Of a stretch of DNA of 64,000 bases, positions 18,916-29,492 are shown in pieces. Below the pieces are notes generated by a model. The model was not told the DNA's origin and ran no database searches. It saw nothing but the letters and a program-made list of their open reading frames with translations. The first letter of the stretch is position 1. The number at the start of each line of letters is the position of its first letter. Source of the DNA: an uncultured Verrucomicrobiae bacterium (GTDB lineage: Bacteria > Chlamydiota > Chlamydiia > Chlamydiales > Rhabdochlamydiaceae); NCBI GenBank assembly GCA_963731265.1, contig CAVSUE010000001.1:1-64000 (forward strand). Reading direction: 5' to 3'. The position numbers and the translations under genes are program-made.

Positions 18916-19536
18916 CTAATCGGATATTTTACTACAAATCGAACAATTTTCTATTTTGTGTCCTCGTGCTCTGCAAAATTTTCGCGCGAAATAAATGAGC
19001 TGCAAGTGCAATTTGTTCCACGAATTTTTAGGAAATAGGGCCTTGAGATCTTTTTCTGTCTGTTTGACATTTTTTCCCGAGCTTAAGCCCCATCTTTTTG
19101 CCAAACGATGAATATGGGTGTCGACGGGAAAGGCAGGCATGCCGAAAGCCTGGATCATCACGACGGACGCCGTTTTATGTCCCACGCCGGGGAGAGATTC
19201 CAGAGCGGAAAAAGAACAAGGAACTTTTCCCCCATATTTTTCGAGAAGGATGTGAGAGAGGTTCCAGATTGCCTTTGCTTTGGTGTTGCTCAGTCCGCAG
19301 GGGCGAATGATCGCCTTGATCTCTTCCATAGAAAGAGCGGTCATCTCTTTAGGCGTAGATGCCTTGGCGAAAAGCTGGGGCGTGACCAGATTCACGCGAA
19401 CATCGGTGCTTTGAGCGGAAAGCAGCACGGCGATAAGCAAAGTATAAGGGTCCTTGTGCAAAAGAGGAATTTCAGGATCGGGAAAAAGATCGTTAAGGAT
19501 TTTTTGAATCCATCGCGCTTTTTCTTTTTTTGTCAT
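18916..19536 (-). CDS. nth: endonuclease III
   Basis: LLSAQSTD, HhH LPGVGHKTA, VDTHIHR and C-terminal Cys cluster. Confidence 0.95.
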   Translation of the reverse strand: MTKKEKARWIQKILNDLFPDPEIPLLHKDPYTLLIAVLLSAQSTDVRVNLVTPQLFAKASTPKEMTALSMEEIKAIIRPCGLSNTKAKAIWNLSHILLEKYGGKVPCSFSALESLPGVGHKTASVVMIQAFGMPAFPVDTHIHRLAKRWGLSSGKNVKQTEKDLKALFPKNSWNKLHLQLIYFARKFCRARGHKIENCSICSKISD

Positions 19537-19628
19537 AGTGATCTACTTTCCTAAGAATTCCTTCGAAGCGGCGTTAAAATCTATGGAAAAATCCATCAAA
19601 AAGCAAATTTTTCCAATTTCAGATAGGC

Positions 19629-21005
19629 TCACTTCCCGACGCAGAATTTAGAGAATATTGCCGAAAGAATATCTTCAGTGATGTTGAGTCCGATGATTAT
19701 CCCGAGCTCGCCGAGAACCTTTCTCATATCAGATGAGACGAATTCGGGAGAGATCTGTGTTTTTAACCCTTCGATCAGCGTTTGAAGAGCTTCGATCGCA
19801 CAAATTAGCGCTTGATGGTGCCGCACACTCGTAATGATCACTTCGTCTTTTGAAGGGGGGCCTTTGCGCCAGATGAACTGGTCGATCTGTTGCCGCAGCT
19901 GATCGAGTCCGATTCCTTCTTTGGCGGAAACAGAGGCTGAATGGGGAAATTCCAGAAAGGGTACTGGGTCGTGTGTCAAATCGATTTTGTTCCAAACCAG
20001 CAACGTTTTTTCTTTCGGCGCCTGTGCAATCAGATGTTCCGATTCCCGACAAATGCCACGGGCGGCATCGAGAACTAGCAAGATAAGGTCTGCCTGCTGC
20101 AATGCTTCTTTTGAGCGGCGGATCCCTTCGCGCTCGATGATTTCTTCTGTTTCTCGAATGCCCGCTGTGTCGATCAAGCGAAAATGCAGCGCACCCAATT
20201 TCATCTCTTCTTCGATCAGATCGCGGGTGGTCCCAGGGATATTCGTGACGATGGCCCGCTCTTTGCCTAAAAGAGCGTTCATTAAAGAGGATTTGCCGAC
20301 ATTCGGTGGTCCTGCCAAACAGAGGGAGATGCCATGACTGGCAATTTTTCCGTCATGGAAAGTATCGTTAAGCTGCTGCAGCGCTTTCAAGACATCTGTC
20401 AATTGGGTGATCACTTCTTCCATCGAAGCGAATTCAAGGTCCTCTTCCGGAAAGTCCACCCATGCTTCCAAAATGGCGGCGATGTCGAGGAGTTTTTTTT
20501 GAAACGAGCAGATTAATGTGGAGAGCTTTCCTTGCAGTTGACATTCCGCCATCTGCAGGGCAAGCTCGCTTTTCGCTCCGATCAGCTGCTGCACCGCTTC
20601 TGCCTGAGCAAGATCGAGTTTGCCGTTGATGAAGGCTTTAAAAGTAAATTCCCCAGGCTGTGCCGGCCTTGCGCCGGCTTTCAAGATCGTATCGAGCACG
20701 CGTCGCGTGATCAGGGTCCCGCCGTGGCAATGGATCTCGATCGTATCTTCTCCCGTATATGATTTTGGGGCGAGCATCACCAAAGCGAGCGCCTCATCGA
20801 CGACGTTCCCCTCTACATCGATAACATTGCCGAAATGGGCAGTATGCGTTTTGTAAGCGCGAATTGGGCCGGAGAAGATTTTTTCCGCAATGCCGACCGC
20901 ATCATTTCCGGAAATGCGGACGATCGCCACCCCACCTTCTCCGGGGGGAGTCGCGATGGCAGCAATCGTCTGTCCAGGCTGGTAGGGCCGGTGGTTGAAT
21001 TCCAT
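19629..21005 (-). CDS. mnmE: tRNA modification GTPase MnmE/TrmE
   Basis: TIAAIATP, GPPNVGKSS, GTTRD, DTAG, NKID and C-terminal FCVGK. Confidence 0.97.
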   Translation of the reverse strand: MEFNHRPYQPGQTIAAIATPPGEGGVAIVRISGNDAVGIAEKIFSGPIRAYKTHTAHFGNVIDVEGNVVDEALALVMLAPKSYTGEDTIEIHCHGGTLITRRVLDTILKAGARPAQPGEFTFKAFINGKLDLAQAEAVQQLIGAKSELALQMAECQLQGKLSTLICSFQKKLLDIAAILEAWVDFPEEDLEFASMEEVITQLTDVLKALQQLNDTFHDGKIASHGISLCLAGPPNVGKSSLMNALLGKERAIVTNIPGTTRDLIEEEMKLGALHFRLIDTAGIRETEEIIEREGIRRSKEALQQADLILLVLDAARGICRESEHLIAQAPKEKTLLVWNKIDLTHDPVPFLEFPHSASVSAKEGIGLDQLRQQIDQFIWRKGPPSKDEVIITSVRHHQALICAIEALQTLIEGLKTQISPEFVSSDMRKVLGELGIIIGLNITEDILSAIFSKFCVGK

Positions 21006-21087
21006 TTTTTTCTGTAAAATTTAAGGGTAAATCATAGCGGAAATACATTCCTATGACAAGGGAGTAAATGGCGTGAATTAAAATTTT

Positions 21088-21681
21088 TTATACAGAGCGC
21101 AAGGCGGCTGTGATCAACTTGGCGAGCTCCGGTTCGCCCTCGAACTTATTAAGGGCTGCCTTGATCGCCTTTTGGGCTTGAGTGCTGTTATAGCCCAGAT
21201 GGATAAGGGCGGATAAGGCATCTGCCGCCGTCCCTCTCTCTTCTGGCTGAGGGAGAGTTGTGAGGGATTTCTCTAGCCCCTTTTTCATTTTATCGCGCAT
21301 ATCGACGATAAGCCGTTCCGCTGTTTTTTTCCCGATCCCGGGAATTTTGCAGATAAGCTGGGTATTTCCCTGACTGATGGCCGCTTGCAAATCGCGGGTT
21401 TCCATATGGCCGACCAAACATAGCGCTGTCTTGGGACCCACCCCGGAAACTTCGAGCAAGCTTTCAAAAAGATCCCGTTCTTGCTGCGTTAAAAAACCAT
21501 AAAATTTTTGCGAATCTTCGCGGACGATGAATGAAATGTAAAAGACGACGAATGCCCCCAAAGCAGGCAATTTGGAAACATTGTTGAATGGGATCAGCAA
21601 GCTGTAGCCTATGCCATGCACTTCAACGACAGCTTTTGAGAAAGTAGTCTCGACCAAAGTTCCCTTTAAGTACTCATACAT
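21088..21681 (-). CDS. ruvA: Holliday junction branch migration protein RuvA
   Basis: VREDS..YGF, VSGVGPKTAL and IPGIGKKTAERL. Confidence 0.96.
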   Translation of the reverse strand: MYEYLKGTLVETTFSKAVVEVHGIGYSLLIPFNNVSKLPALGAFVVFYISFIVREDSQKFYGFLTQQERDLFESLLEVSGVGPKTALCLVGHMETRDLQAAISQGNTQLICKIPGIGKKTAERLIVDMRDKMKKGLEKSLTTLPQPEERGTAADALSALIHLGYNSTQAQKAIKAALNKFEGEPELAKLITAALRSV

Positions 21682-22190
21682 ATTCTTTCCTGAAAATTGA
21701 GCGAGTTGGCATGGCAGATCGCCAATGCAAGCGCATCGGCAGCGTCTTCGGGCTCGGGAATGCTGGACAGGTTCAAGAGAATCTGCACCATTCTTTGCAC
21801 TTGTTCTTTGCTGGCCGAACCATTGCCAACCACTGCGAGCTTCGCTTTCTTGGGCGCGTATTCGTAAATTGGAATGGACCTTCTCGCCGCTGCGAGTAGA
21901 ACGACGCCGCGCGCCATCCCCAATTTCATCGCGCTTTGCACATTTTTATAAACGAATTGGGTTTCCACGGCAACTGCATTTGGCGCATACAGATCTAGCA
22001 GTTTGTCCAAACTTTCGAAAAGGGCGAGATAACGTTGCGCAGCAGAGCCATCGGTCGGCGGCCGAATGCAGCCGAAATCGATAGGTTCAAATTGAGGTCT
22101 GCTTCCGACTTTGATGACGCCGTACCCCGTGATGCGGGTTCCCGGATCAACGCCAAGAATGATGAGGTTTTTTTGTGATTGTGGTGTCAT
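21666..22190 (-). CDS. ruvC: crossover junction endodeoxyribonuclease RuvC
   Basis: ILGVDPG..TGYG, LGMARGV and DAADALALAICH. Confidence 0.96.
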   Translation of the reverse strand: MTPQSQKNLIILGVDPGTRITGYGVIKVGSRPQFEPIDFGCIRPPTDGSAAQRYLALFESLDKLLDLYAPNAVAVETQFVYKNVQSAMKLGMARGVVLLAAARRSIPIYEYAPKKAKLAVVGNGSASKEQVQRMVQILLNLSSIPEPEDAADALALAICHANSLNFQERICMST

Positions 22191-22260
22191 AAAAAAAAAT
22201 TTGCTTTAAAAAAACGTGTGGCGATAATGGTCACTTTCAATCTTGCTCAGGGAGCCTTCG
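22191..22260 (+). promoter_or_regulatory. putative sigma70-type promoter and RBS, co-duplicated upstream of both YVTN genes
   Basis: TTGCTT-N16-GATAAT plus GGAG; a near-identical copy lies at about 23555-23624. Confidence 0.5.
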
Positions 22261-23499
22261 ATGACAAAGCAAGCCCTATACAAAGTTCTCTTCTTCTTTT
22301 TAACCTTATCGGGAAATTTGATCCATGCGAACTTTGTTTATGTGACAAATTTCGATTCAGATAGTGTCTCTGTGATCAATACAACGACAAATACTGTCGT
22401 TGCGACAATCACAGTAGGTGTACATCCTACTAGCGTTGCGATCACGCCGAATGGCCAGTTTGCTTACGTGATAAATCAACAGTCCAACGATGTCTCTGTG
22501 ATCGATACGTCAACCCATACGGTCGTTACAACGATTCCTGTAGGATCTATCCCCCAAGGCGTTGCTATCAGTCCTGATGGACAATTAGCCTATGTGACGA
22601 ATAACAGTTCTAGCAGTATTTCAGTGGTAAATACATCAACAAATACAGTCAATTCGACAATTTCAGGGGGTTTTGACGGACCTGTTGGCATCGCGATCAC
22701 TCCAGACGGCCGATTTGCTTATGTGGCAAATGAGTTATCAGACTATGTCGCGGTAGTCGATTTATCGACGAATCTTGTCACTGCCAGGGTCACGACAAGT
22801 GGGAGTCCCTTCGGAGTTGCCATTACCCCCGATGGCCGATTTGTTTATGGGGCAAATTACATAGGAAATACTGTTTCCGTGATCGATACATCCACCAATA
22901 GGGTAACAGCGGATATCATGTTGCCTCAAAATAATAGTCAAGAAGTCGCCATTACGCCGGATGGGCAATTTGCTTATGTGATAAGTTTTCTCAACGATCA
23001 GATTTATGTGATCAATACATCTACGAATAGTGTCACCGCAACCATTCCTGGCTCTTCGGGACCTTTTGGGGTTGCGATCACACCAGACGGTCGATTTGCT
23101 TATGTCACATCATATAGTAGTGCCTCTGTCTCCGTCATCGACACTTCAACGAATACGGCCGTCGCAACAGTCGGCGTTGAGAGCGGCCCTCTAGGAATTG
23201 CTATTACCCCTTCCATTGCGCTCGCGACCAATCTTCGAGGCCACCAAAAAAAGAATGACTTTGCTGTTATCTACGCGTTGTTTAATCGCCTACAGTGGCA
23301 ACCCTCGTCTCCTTCTTTTGGACCGACAGTTTTAGGGTATTATGTTTACCGCAATGGCGTTCTGATCGCTACTTTAAGCGCCAATACTTTTGAATTTGTC
23401 GACCATAACGTCAAAAAAAATGCAAAAAATACTTACAGTGTCGTTGCCTTTGGTACACAAGATCAGCTAGGCACGCCGGCGACAATCTCAATAGATTAG
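22261..23499 (+). CDS. secreted YVTN/YncE-type beta-propeller repeat protein
   Basis: Signal peptide, seven ~42-aa (A/V)ITPDG.FAYV.N..S..VSVIDT repeats, and an FN3-like C-terminal domain (VLGYYVYRNG). Confidence 0.9.
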   Translation: MTKQALYKVLFFFLTLSGNLIHANFVYVTNFDSDSVSVINTTTNTVVATITVGVHPTSVAITPNGQFAYVINQQSNDVSVIDTSTHTVVTTIPVGSIPQGVAISPDGQLAYVTNNSSSSISVVNTSTNTVNSTISGGFDGPVGIAITPDGRFAYVANELSDYVAVVDLSTNLVTARVTTSGSPFGVAITPDGRFVYGANYIGNTVSVIDTSTNRVTADIMLPQNNSQEVAITPDGQFAYVISFLNDQIYVINTSTNSVTATIPGSSGPFGVAITPDGRFAYVTSYSSASVSVIDTSTNTAVATVGVESGPLGIAITPSIALATNLRGHQKKNDFAVIYALFNRLQWQPSSPSFGPTVLGYYVYRNGVLIATLSANTFEFVDHNVKKNAKNTYSVVAFGTQDQLGTPATISID

Positions 23500-23624
23500 C
23501 CGCCGCCTTTCTAAACCTAAAAGAGTGAGGTTTTGTTTTGAATGAGAAGCTCTGAAAAAAAAATTTGCTTTAAAAAATCATGTGACGATAATGGTCAATT
23601 TTAATCTTGCTCAAGGAGCCTTCG

Positions 23625-24875
23625 ATGACAAAGCAAGTCTTATACCAAGTCCTCTTTTTCTTTTTAACTTTATCGGCAAATTTGACCCATGCGAACTTTG
23701 CTTATGTGACAAATTTCGCTTCAAATAGTGTTTCCGTGATCGATACAAGGACGAATACCGTCGTGGCGACAATCCCAGTAGGTACAGACCCTGCTGGAAT
23801 TGCAATTACGCCGAATGGACAGTTTGCTTACGTGGCAAATGAAGCGTCTGACGATGTCTCTGTGATCGATACGTTAACCAATACAGTTGTTACAACAATA
23901 TCTGATGGGGTTGGAGATCTCCCTCAAGGTGTTGCTATCAGTCCCAATGGACAATTAGCCTATGTGACGAATTACAATTCAAATAGTGTATCAGTGATCG
24001 ATACATCACTAAATACAGTTATTGCGACAATTTCGTCCGGTTTTGTCGGGCCTGTTGGCATTTCAATCACACCAAACGGCCGATTTGCTTATGTGGCAAA
24101 TAATTCATCTAACAATGTCTCGGTGGTCGATTTATCCACCAATATGGTCATTACCATGGTCACGACCGGCACGAATCCGTTCGGAGTTGCCATTACACCC
24201 GATGGGCAATTTGTTTATGTGGCAAATAGCCTAGGGACGAATGTTTCCGTGATCGCTACATCCACCAATATAGTGACAGCCAATATCACATTCAATGCAC
24301 CTCAAGAAGTCGCGATTACGCCGGATGGCCAATTTGCTTATGTGACAAGTTTTTTCAACCACCAGGTGGCTGTGATCAATACGTCCACGAATATGGTCAC
24401 CGGAATCATTCCCTTTACTAATCCTATGAATTTGGCCCCCTTTGCGATTGCGATCACCCCGGACGGCCAATTTGCTTATGTCACTGACTCATCAGCTGGG
24501 AGTGTCTCTGTCATCGATACGTCGACAAATACGATTGTCGCTACAGTGGGCGTTGGGAGCGGTCCTCAAGGGATTGCTATTACCCCTTCCATTGCGGCGG
24601 CGAAGAATCTCCGCGGCCACCAAAAAAAGAATGACTTTGCTGTTGTCTACGAGTTGTCTAATCGCCTGCAGTGGCAGCCCTCTTTTGCTCCTTTTGGACC
24701 GACGGTTTTAGGGTATTATGTTTACCGCAATGACGTTCTGATCGCTACTTTAAGCGCCAATACTTTTGAATTTGTGGACAATGACGTCAAGAAGAATGCA
24801 AAAAATAATTACAGCGTCGTTGCCTTTGGCGCTCAAGGACAGCTAGGCGCGCCGGCGACAATCACCATACATTAG
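23625..24875 (+). CDS. secreted YVTN/YncE-type beta-propeller repeat protein (tandem paralog)
   Basis: Same architecture; near-identical N- and C-termini. Confidence 0.9.
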   Translation: MTKQVLYQVLFFFLTLSANLTHANFAYVTNFASNSVSVIDTRTNTVVATIPVGTDPAGIAITPNGQFAYVANEASDDVSVIDTLTNTVVTTISDGVGDLPQGVAISPNGQLAYVTNYNSNSVSVIDTSLNTVIATISSGFVGPVGISITPNGRFAYVANNSSNNVSVVDLSTNMVITMVTTGTNPFGVAITPDGQFVYVANSLGTNVSVIATSTNIVTANITFNAPQEVAITPDGQFAYVTSFFNHQVAVINTSTNMVTGIIPFTNPMNLAPFAIAITPDGQFAYVTDSSAGSVSVIDTSTNTIVATVGVGSGPQGIAITPSIAAAKNLRGHQKKNDFAVVYELSNRLQWQPSFAPFGPTVLGYYVYRNDVLIATLSANTFEFVDNDVKKNAKNNYSVVAFGAQGQLGAPATITIH

Positions 24876-25209
24876 AGTCTGTGCCAAACCCAAGTTACGT
24901 CGTTTTTTGCGCCTTTTCTTTTGGGCTTTGACTCGATTCCTTGGTCTAGTGTCCCGTTGCAAGAATTTTTGGAATAATTTCTGCGTCAAAGCCGCTATAA
25001 TCCACGATCGCAAGTTGATTCGTATTGAATTAATACGGATCAACTTGCGAAGCCTGCGATCGTCGATTATAGCGAGCTTTCACGTTAGAAATTATCCGAA
25101 AAATTTTTGTAACGGGACACTAGTTAATTTAACTATGTCCTGCGGAATCGAATCAAAGCCCAAAAGAAATTCATCAAAAATCCAAGTAATAAGGGTCGTG
25201 GACAGACTC
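24875..25209. mobile_element. palindromic MITE (GAG...CTC ends, TTA duplication) containing a second MITE
   Basis: TTA-gagtctgt...acagactc-TTA; inner inverted arms ttcttttgggctttga.tcgattcc / ggaatcga.tcaaagcccaaaagaa. Confidence 0.8.
24946..25123. mobile_element. inner palindromic MITE flanked by CTAG
   Basis: ctagtgtcccgttgcaa...ttgtaacgggacactag with a central hairpin cgcaagttgat.cgtatt / aatacg.atcaacttgcg. Confidence 0.85.
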
Positions 25210-25422
25210 TTAGGGCCCGGCTTTCTAATTAAAAAAAATCCTAACGCCCCGATCGTTGCGTAGCCGCATCTTACAGGTATACAAAATCCTGTCCGCTTGG
25301 TATTTTTTTAGACAAAGGTTCAAAGGATCCTAATAACTGATTGACTTTACTATAAGGGGACGGTACTTTGAAAAAGGCTGGGAATTTGGTAATAAATTTT
25401 TTTAGGAATTTCGTCTTTGTCA

Positions 25423-26490
25423 ATGGAATCTCTTCGTAGCTTAATGCCGCAGAATATCATTGTGCGCATGCCGAATTGGATCGGAGATCTGGTGATGGCT
25501 ACGCCAATTCTTTCCGATTTAAGAAAAGCTTATCCGCAAGCACACATCACTGCGATGTGCCGCTCTCCCATATGCGAGCTATTGAAAGAAGATCCCGAGA
25601 TCAATGAGCTGTTTTGTTTCAGCAAAGCCAGCGGTTTTAGCCGAAGAGAAGAAAAGCGGAACGTCATTGAAAAATTACGGAAAGGCAATTACGACCTAGG
25701 CATTCTGTTGACGCATTCTTTTTCTTCAGCATGGTGGTTTTGGCTGGGTAAAGTGCAAAATCGCCTCGGTTATGAGTGCAATGGGCGTAAACTTCTTTTG
25801 ACTCAAAGCCTTTCTTTCCCTAAGAACATTCAGAACCAGCATCTTGTCGTCACGTATAAAATGCTTCTAGAACCTCTGGGCATTCCGGTCTCTAATACGC
25901 CGCCACGCCTTTATTTGTCGCCGAAAGAAATCCATGATTCCCGGGTGCTTCTGAAGCAGCATAAGATACCGGATGGCGCTCTCATCGTCGGCATTAATCC
26001 AGGGGCGACCTATGGATCGGCGAAATGTTGGCTGCCGGAACGGTTTCGAGAGGTGACCGAGCGGCTTTTGCGCGATAAAGATGTGTACGTTGTCTATTTT
26101 GGAGATCAGGCGACCGCTTCAGTTGTTAAAGAAATTTGCACCGGTTTACCGAAACGTGTCATCAATTTAGCTGGCATCACCTCACTTCGGGAACTGTCCA
26201 GCTTAATCAGCCAATGCGATGTGATTTTGACCAATGACAGCGGTCCGATGCACATTGCCGATGCTCTAGGGACGCCTATTGTGGCTCTTTTTGGGTCGAC
26301 GAGCGAGGTAGTAACGGGACCCTACCGTTCAGGAACTCTCATCCATAAGCATGTTGAATGCTCTCCCTGCTATCAACGCACGTGCCCGATCGACTTTCGC
26401 TGCATGAAGCGGATTGAGGCTGATGAAGTGTATGAAGCGATCGTTAAAATCCTGCAGGCCAAACGTTCTAAATTACATATTATCGCGTAA
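25423..26490 (+). CDS. waaF: lipopolysaccharide heptosyltransferase II (GT9)
   Basis: PNWIGDLVMATP, INPGATYGSAKCW and TNDSGPMHIA. Confidence 0.9.
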   Translation: MESLRSLMPQNIIVRMPNWIGDLVMATPILSDLRKAYPQAHITAMCRSPICELLKEDPEINELFCFSKASGFSRREEKRNVIEKLRKGNYDLGILLTHSFSSAWWFWLGKVQNRLGYECNGRKLLLTQSLSFPKNIQNQHLVVTYKMLLEPLGIPVSNTPPRLYLSPKEIHDSRVLLKQHKIPDGALIVGINPGATYGSAKCWLPERFREVTERLLRDKDVYVVYFGDQATASVVKEICTGLPKRVINLAGITSLRELSSLISQCDVILTNDSGPMHIADALGTPIVALFGSTSEVVTGPYRSGTLIHKHVECSPCYQRTCPIDFRCMKRIEADEVYEAIVKILQAKRSKLHIIA

Positions 26491-26491
26491 A

Positions 26492-27403
26492 ATGCTAAAG
26501 ACTCTTTGGAAAAAATACGGATTCAATCCCTTCGATTCATTGTTAAAAAAAGCCGCCAATGCGGGGCGTCGCCGTTTTTTGATCTGCTGGAATCGGGGTC
26601 TTGGAGATATTCCTCTAGGCCTTTATGCATTGACGTTTCGTATCCGCCAGCATATTCCGGATGCGGAAGTGACGTTTGCTACACGGCCCGACCTCGCCGA
26701 TGGTTTTAAAATGTTGGAGAAAGTCTCGGTCCTCATTGATCCTGAGTGGAAGCGGGGAGCTCCTTTCGATATCCAGGCAACTCTTGCCAAATCGGGTTTA
26801 TCTTCTTCCGAGTTCGATGTGATATTGGAACGCCCTGATCCCACGCGATGGCTGATGTGGCAGATCGGCAAACTCGTTCCGAAACTTTGCTGGAATCCCG
26901 AGTGGGATGCGCTCCATGAGCGTTTTTCTTTAGATTCGAAGGAAACCTACATTGGCGTCCACGTTCAGACGGAAACCCAATATGCCTATGAAAAAAATTG
27001 GCCTACTTCACATTGGAAAGAATTTTTTCAAGCCGCTAGAGAAAAAGGGATGAACATCCTTCTTTTCGGCTTTGCTAAAAATTCAGTATTTGAAGGAGAT
27101 CACATCGTCGATTTAAGAGGAAAAACCTCCTTTTTGGAAATGCTATCGATCATTAAAAACCGGTGCCGTTATCTCGTTGTCCCCGATTCAGGAGTCCTAT
27201 CGATCACCTATTACATTGACGCCTCTTTCGATATTGATATCGTCTCTTTGTGGGCCGATCCACGGCAAGGCATTCTTCGGCAAAAAGTCCCTTCCCCTAA
27301 TCCTCTTTTGCGCCACACGCCTCTCATCGCTAAAGATAAAGATCTGCGTACCATAGACGTGCAAACTGTGGCCCATTCCCTCTTCCAGGAGGCCCTATGT
27401 TAA
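26492..27403 (+). CDS. GT9-family glycosyltransferase
   Basis: RGLGD, EKNWP, IVDLRGKTS and VPDSG motifs of GT-B family 9. Confidence 0.75.
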   Translation: MLKTLWKKYGFNPFDSLLKKAANAGRRRFLICWNRGLGDIPLGLYALTFRIRQHIPDAEVTFATRPDLADGFKMLEKVSVLIDPEWKRGAPFDIQATLAKSGLSSSEFDVILERPDPTRWLMWQIGKLVPKLCWNPEWDALHERFSLDSKETYIGVHVQTETQYAYEKNWPTSHWKEFFQAAREKGMNILLFGFAKNSVFEGDHIVDLRGKTSFLEMLSIIKNRCRYLVVPDSGVLSITYYIDASFDIDIVSLWADPRQGILRQKVPSPNPLLRHTPLIAKDKDLRTIDVQTVAHSLFQEALC

Positions 27404-28734
27404 AATCTTCTATCCAGGAGATGTTATTCCAACTCGGACAGCAGGAGCTTTCCATCGGATTAGAATCTCTTTCCTCTACTGCTCTTGAGAAGTTTTCTCT
27501 TCAATTGCAAAAATACTCTTCAGCGCTTTCTGTTTTACAAAAGGAGCTGCTGTTCCAGCCGAAAAAAACTTTCCCCAATGAGGTGAAGCCCTGTTCTCAT
27601 TTTTCCTTGAGCGGGAATACTGAAGATAAAAAGATTGGGGATGAACTGGTGCGTCAAGGGAAAGTCGGCTGTTTAATCCTGGCCGGGGGGCAAGGAACAC
27701 GCCTTGGTTTCGAAGGGCCCAAGGGGAGTTTTCCCGTCAGCCCAATTAAAAATAAAAGCCTGTTTCAACTCTTCTGCGAGCGCACAAAAGCTGCGAGCGT
27801 GTGGTTTGCATGTCCATTGCCCTTGTGCATTGTCACTTCTGCGTTGAACCATGTCGAAACGGTGAAGTTTTTTGAAGAGAATGCCTTTTTCGGACTTTCT
27901 CCTGGCCAAGTTTTCTTCATCATGCAAGACAATCTTCCATTCCTCGATAATCATGGGCATTGGATGTTAGAGCACCCAGGAAAAATTGCAGAAGGCCCTG
28001 ACGGCAATGGCCATGCCCTCCGCTTATTTTTTTCATCAGGACTTTGGGAAAAGTGGAAAGATGCAGGAATTGAATTTCTCCATGTGATCTATGTCGATAA
28101 CGCTTTGGCCGATCCATATGATGTCGAATTTGCCGGCTTTGCTGCACGCAGCCAGTCGGACGTTGCTTTAAAAGCTATCGAGCGCCTCTCTCGCGAAGAA
28201 AAAATGGGCGTTCTCATCGAATGCGAGGGAAAGCTAAAAGTCATCGAATACACAGAACTTCCCAGCGGCTTCTCCGAGTTTCCTTTTTCCAGCCCCGGCA
28301 TGTTCTGTTTCTCGATGAAATTCATTGGGCATCTTTTTCAAGAGATGAACGTCGAGCTGCCTCTGCACCTCGCGCGAAAAAAAGCCCTTGTTCTGCTCGG
28401 CACGGCCAAAGGATTCGTCCAGGAAATCGCCCATGTCTGGAAATGCGAAAGATTCATTTTCGATTTCCTTGATTATGCACAGACAACTGCTGTTCTCGTT
28501 TCCTCGAGAGAAAAAATCTATGCACCCTTGAAAAACGCCACGGGTGAAAAAAGCGTCGACTCCGTGAAACAGGCGCTTCTGCTCCACGACCGCGAAATCT
28601 ATCAAGCTCTGACAGGGACGATGCCTTCTGTAGCTTTCGAACTCGATCCTGCTTTTTATTATGCTAGCGAGGCTTTAAGAGAAAAGCTATCAAGCGTTCA
28701 CTTGTCCGATCAGGATTATATTTCTTCTGTTTAA
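27397..28734 (+). CDS. UDP-N-acetylhexosamine/UDP-glucose pyrophosphorylase (UAP1/UDPGP-type)
   Basis: LAGGQGTRLG..GPKG, PDGNG, VDNAL, ERFIFD and PLKNA. Confidence 0.88.
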   Translation: MLKSSIQEMLFQLGQQELSIGLESLSSTALEKFSLQLQKYSSALSVLQKELLFQPKKTFPNEVKPCSHFSLSGNTEDKKIGDELVRQGKVGCLILAGGQGTRLGFEGPKGSFPVSPIKNKSLFQLFCERTKAASVWFACPLPLCIVTSALNHVETVKFFEENAFFGLSPGQVFFIMQDNLPFLDNHGHWMLEHPGKIAEGPDGNGHALRLFFSSGLWEKWKDAGIEFLHVIYVDNALADPYDVEFAGFAARSQSDVALKAIERLSREEKMGVLIECEGKLKVIEYTELPSGFSEFPFSSPGMFCFSMKFIGHLFQEMNVELPLHLARKKALVLLGTAKGFVQEIAHVWKCERFIFDFLDYAQTTAVLVSSREKIYAPLKNATGEKSVDSVKQALLLHDREIYQALTGTMPSVAFELDPAFYYASEALREKLSSVHLSDQDYISSV

Positions 28735-28741
28735 TACATCA

Positions 28742-28839
28742 GAGACTGACAACAAAGCAGACTTCTTCGCTTTTTGGGAATTCGAAAATCGGTTCAAAAG
28801 AACCGAAAATCGACTAAAGCTGAGTTTGTGGTGAGTCTC
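28742..28839. mobile_element. short MITE with TCA duplication
   Basis: TCA-gagactgacaacaaa...tttgtggtgagtctc-TCA. Confidence 0.65.
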
Positions 28840-29380
28840 TCAGCGTCCTAAGGCGTCACGATACTTTGCTCGTGGTTAAAATTATATTTTACAGCGCCTA
28901 TTGCTTTGGATAATCCTGGACATATACTGGCTTTTGAGAAAATTAGTTCTTAATTGCGAAACATTATGGCAGCCCCAACAAATAATCGCCCCTCATTGCT
29001 TTTTGGTCCCGGGCCATTTCTCCACGAGGATATCGCGAGGGTCGGCTTTCACTACTTAACGGTTGTCGATGGAGGCCGATAAGCGTGGAACGCAGCTATG
29101 CAATTAGCCGGTATTTGGTTTACCAAGTGGCAGATTGGGGGGAGTTGAAAAATAAAGCCGGCAAACGGGTTAGAGAGGTGCTCAAAAATCGCAGACAAAT
29201 AAAATCTCCGCACTTCGGCAATGAATTTTTCACTGTATTTTAAATTTTGTTGCCAAATTAAATGGAAGGACTGGCTATAACCGCTGAGATTGCTGATTTA
29301 GACAAGCCGACTAAATGAACGGTCCCGAGCTGGAAAACCTGAAGTTGTAATCCGGAACAATTTTTGTTAAGCTTGACTTA

Positions 29381-29472
29381 GAGACTACTGTTGAATTAAG
29401 GCTTCGTCGAGTTTTCGTAATTATTTTGGTCCAAATTGGGTTAAAAGAATCCAAAAAATCGATAACAGCCTC
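29381..29472. repeat. internally deleted copy of the MITE at 52448
   Basis: Shares gaattaaggcttcgtcga...attattttgg and the aatcga.aacagcctc end with 52448..52614. Confidence 0.7.
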
Positions 29473-29492
29473 TTTATATATAGGATTGATGC

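Noticed and set aside
25211..25332. Additional degenerate MITE
   Set aside because: The inverted ends are too imperfect to support by eye.
28966..29160. Possible effector pseudogene (MAAPTNNRPSLLFGPG...)
   Set aside because: Short, interrupted by a stop, and without a recognisable motif; the evidence is too weak.
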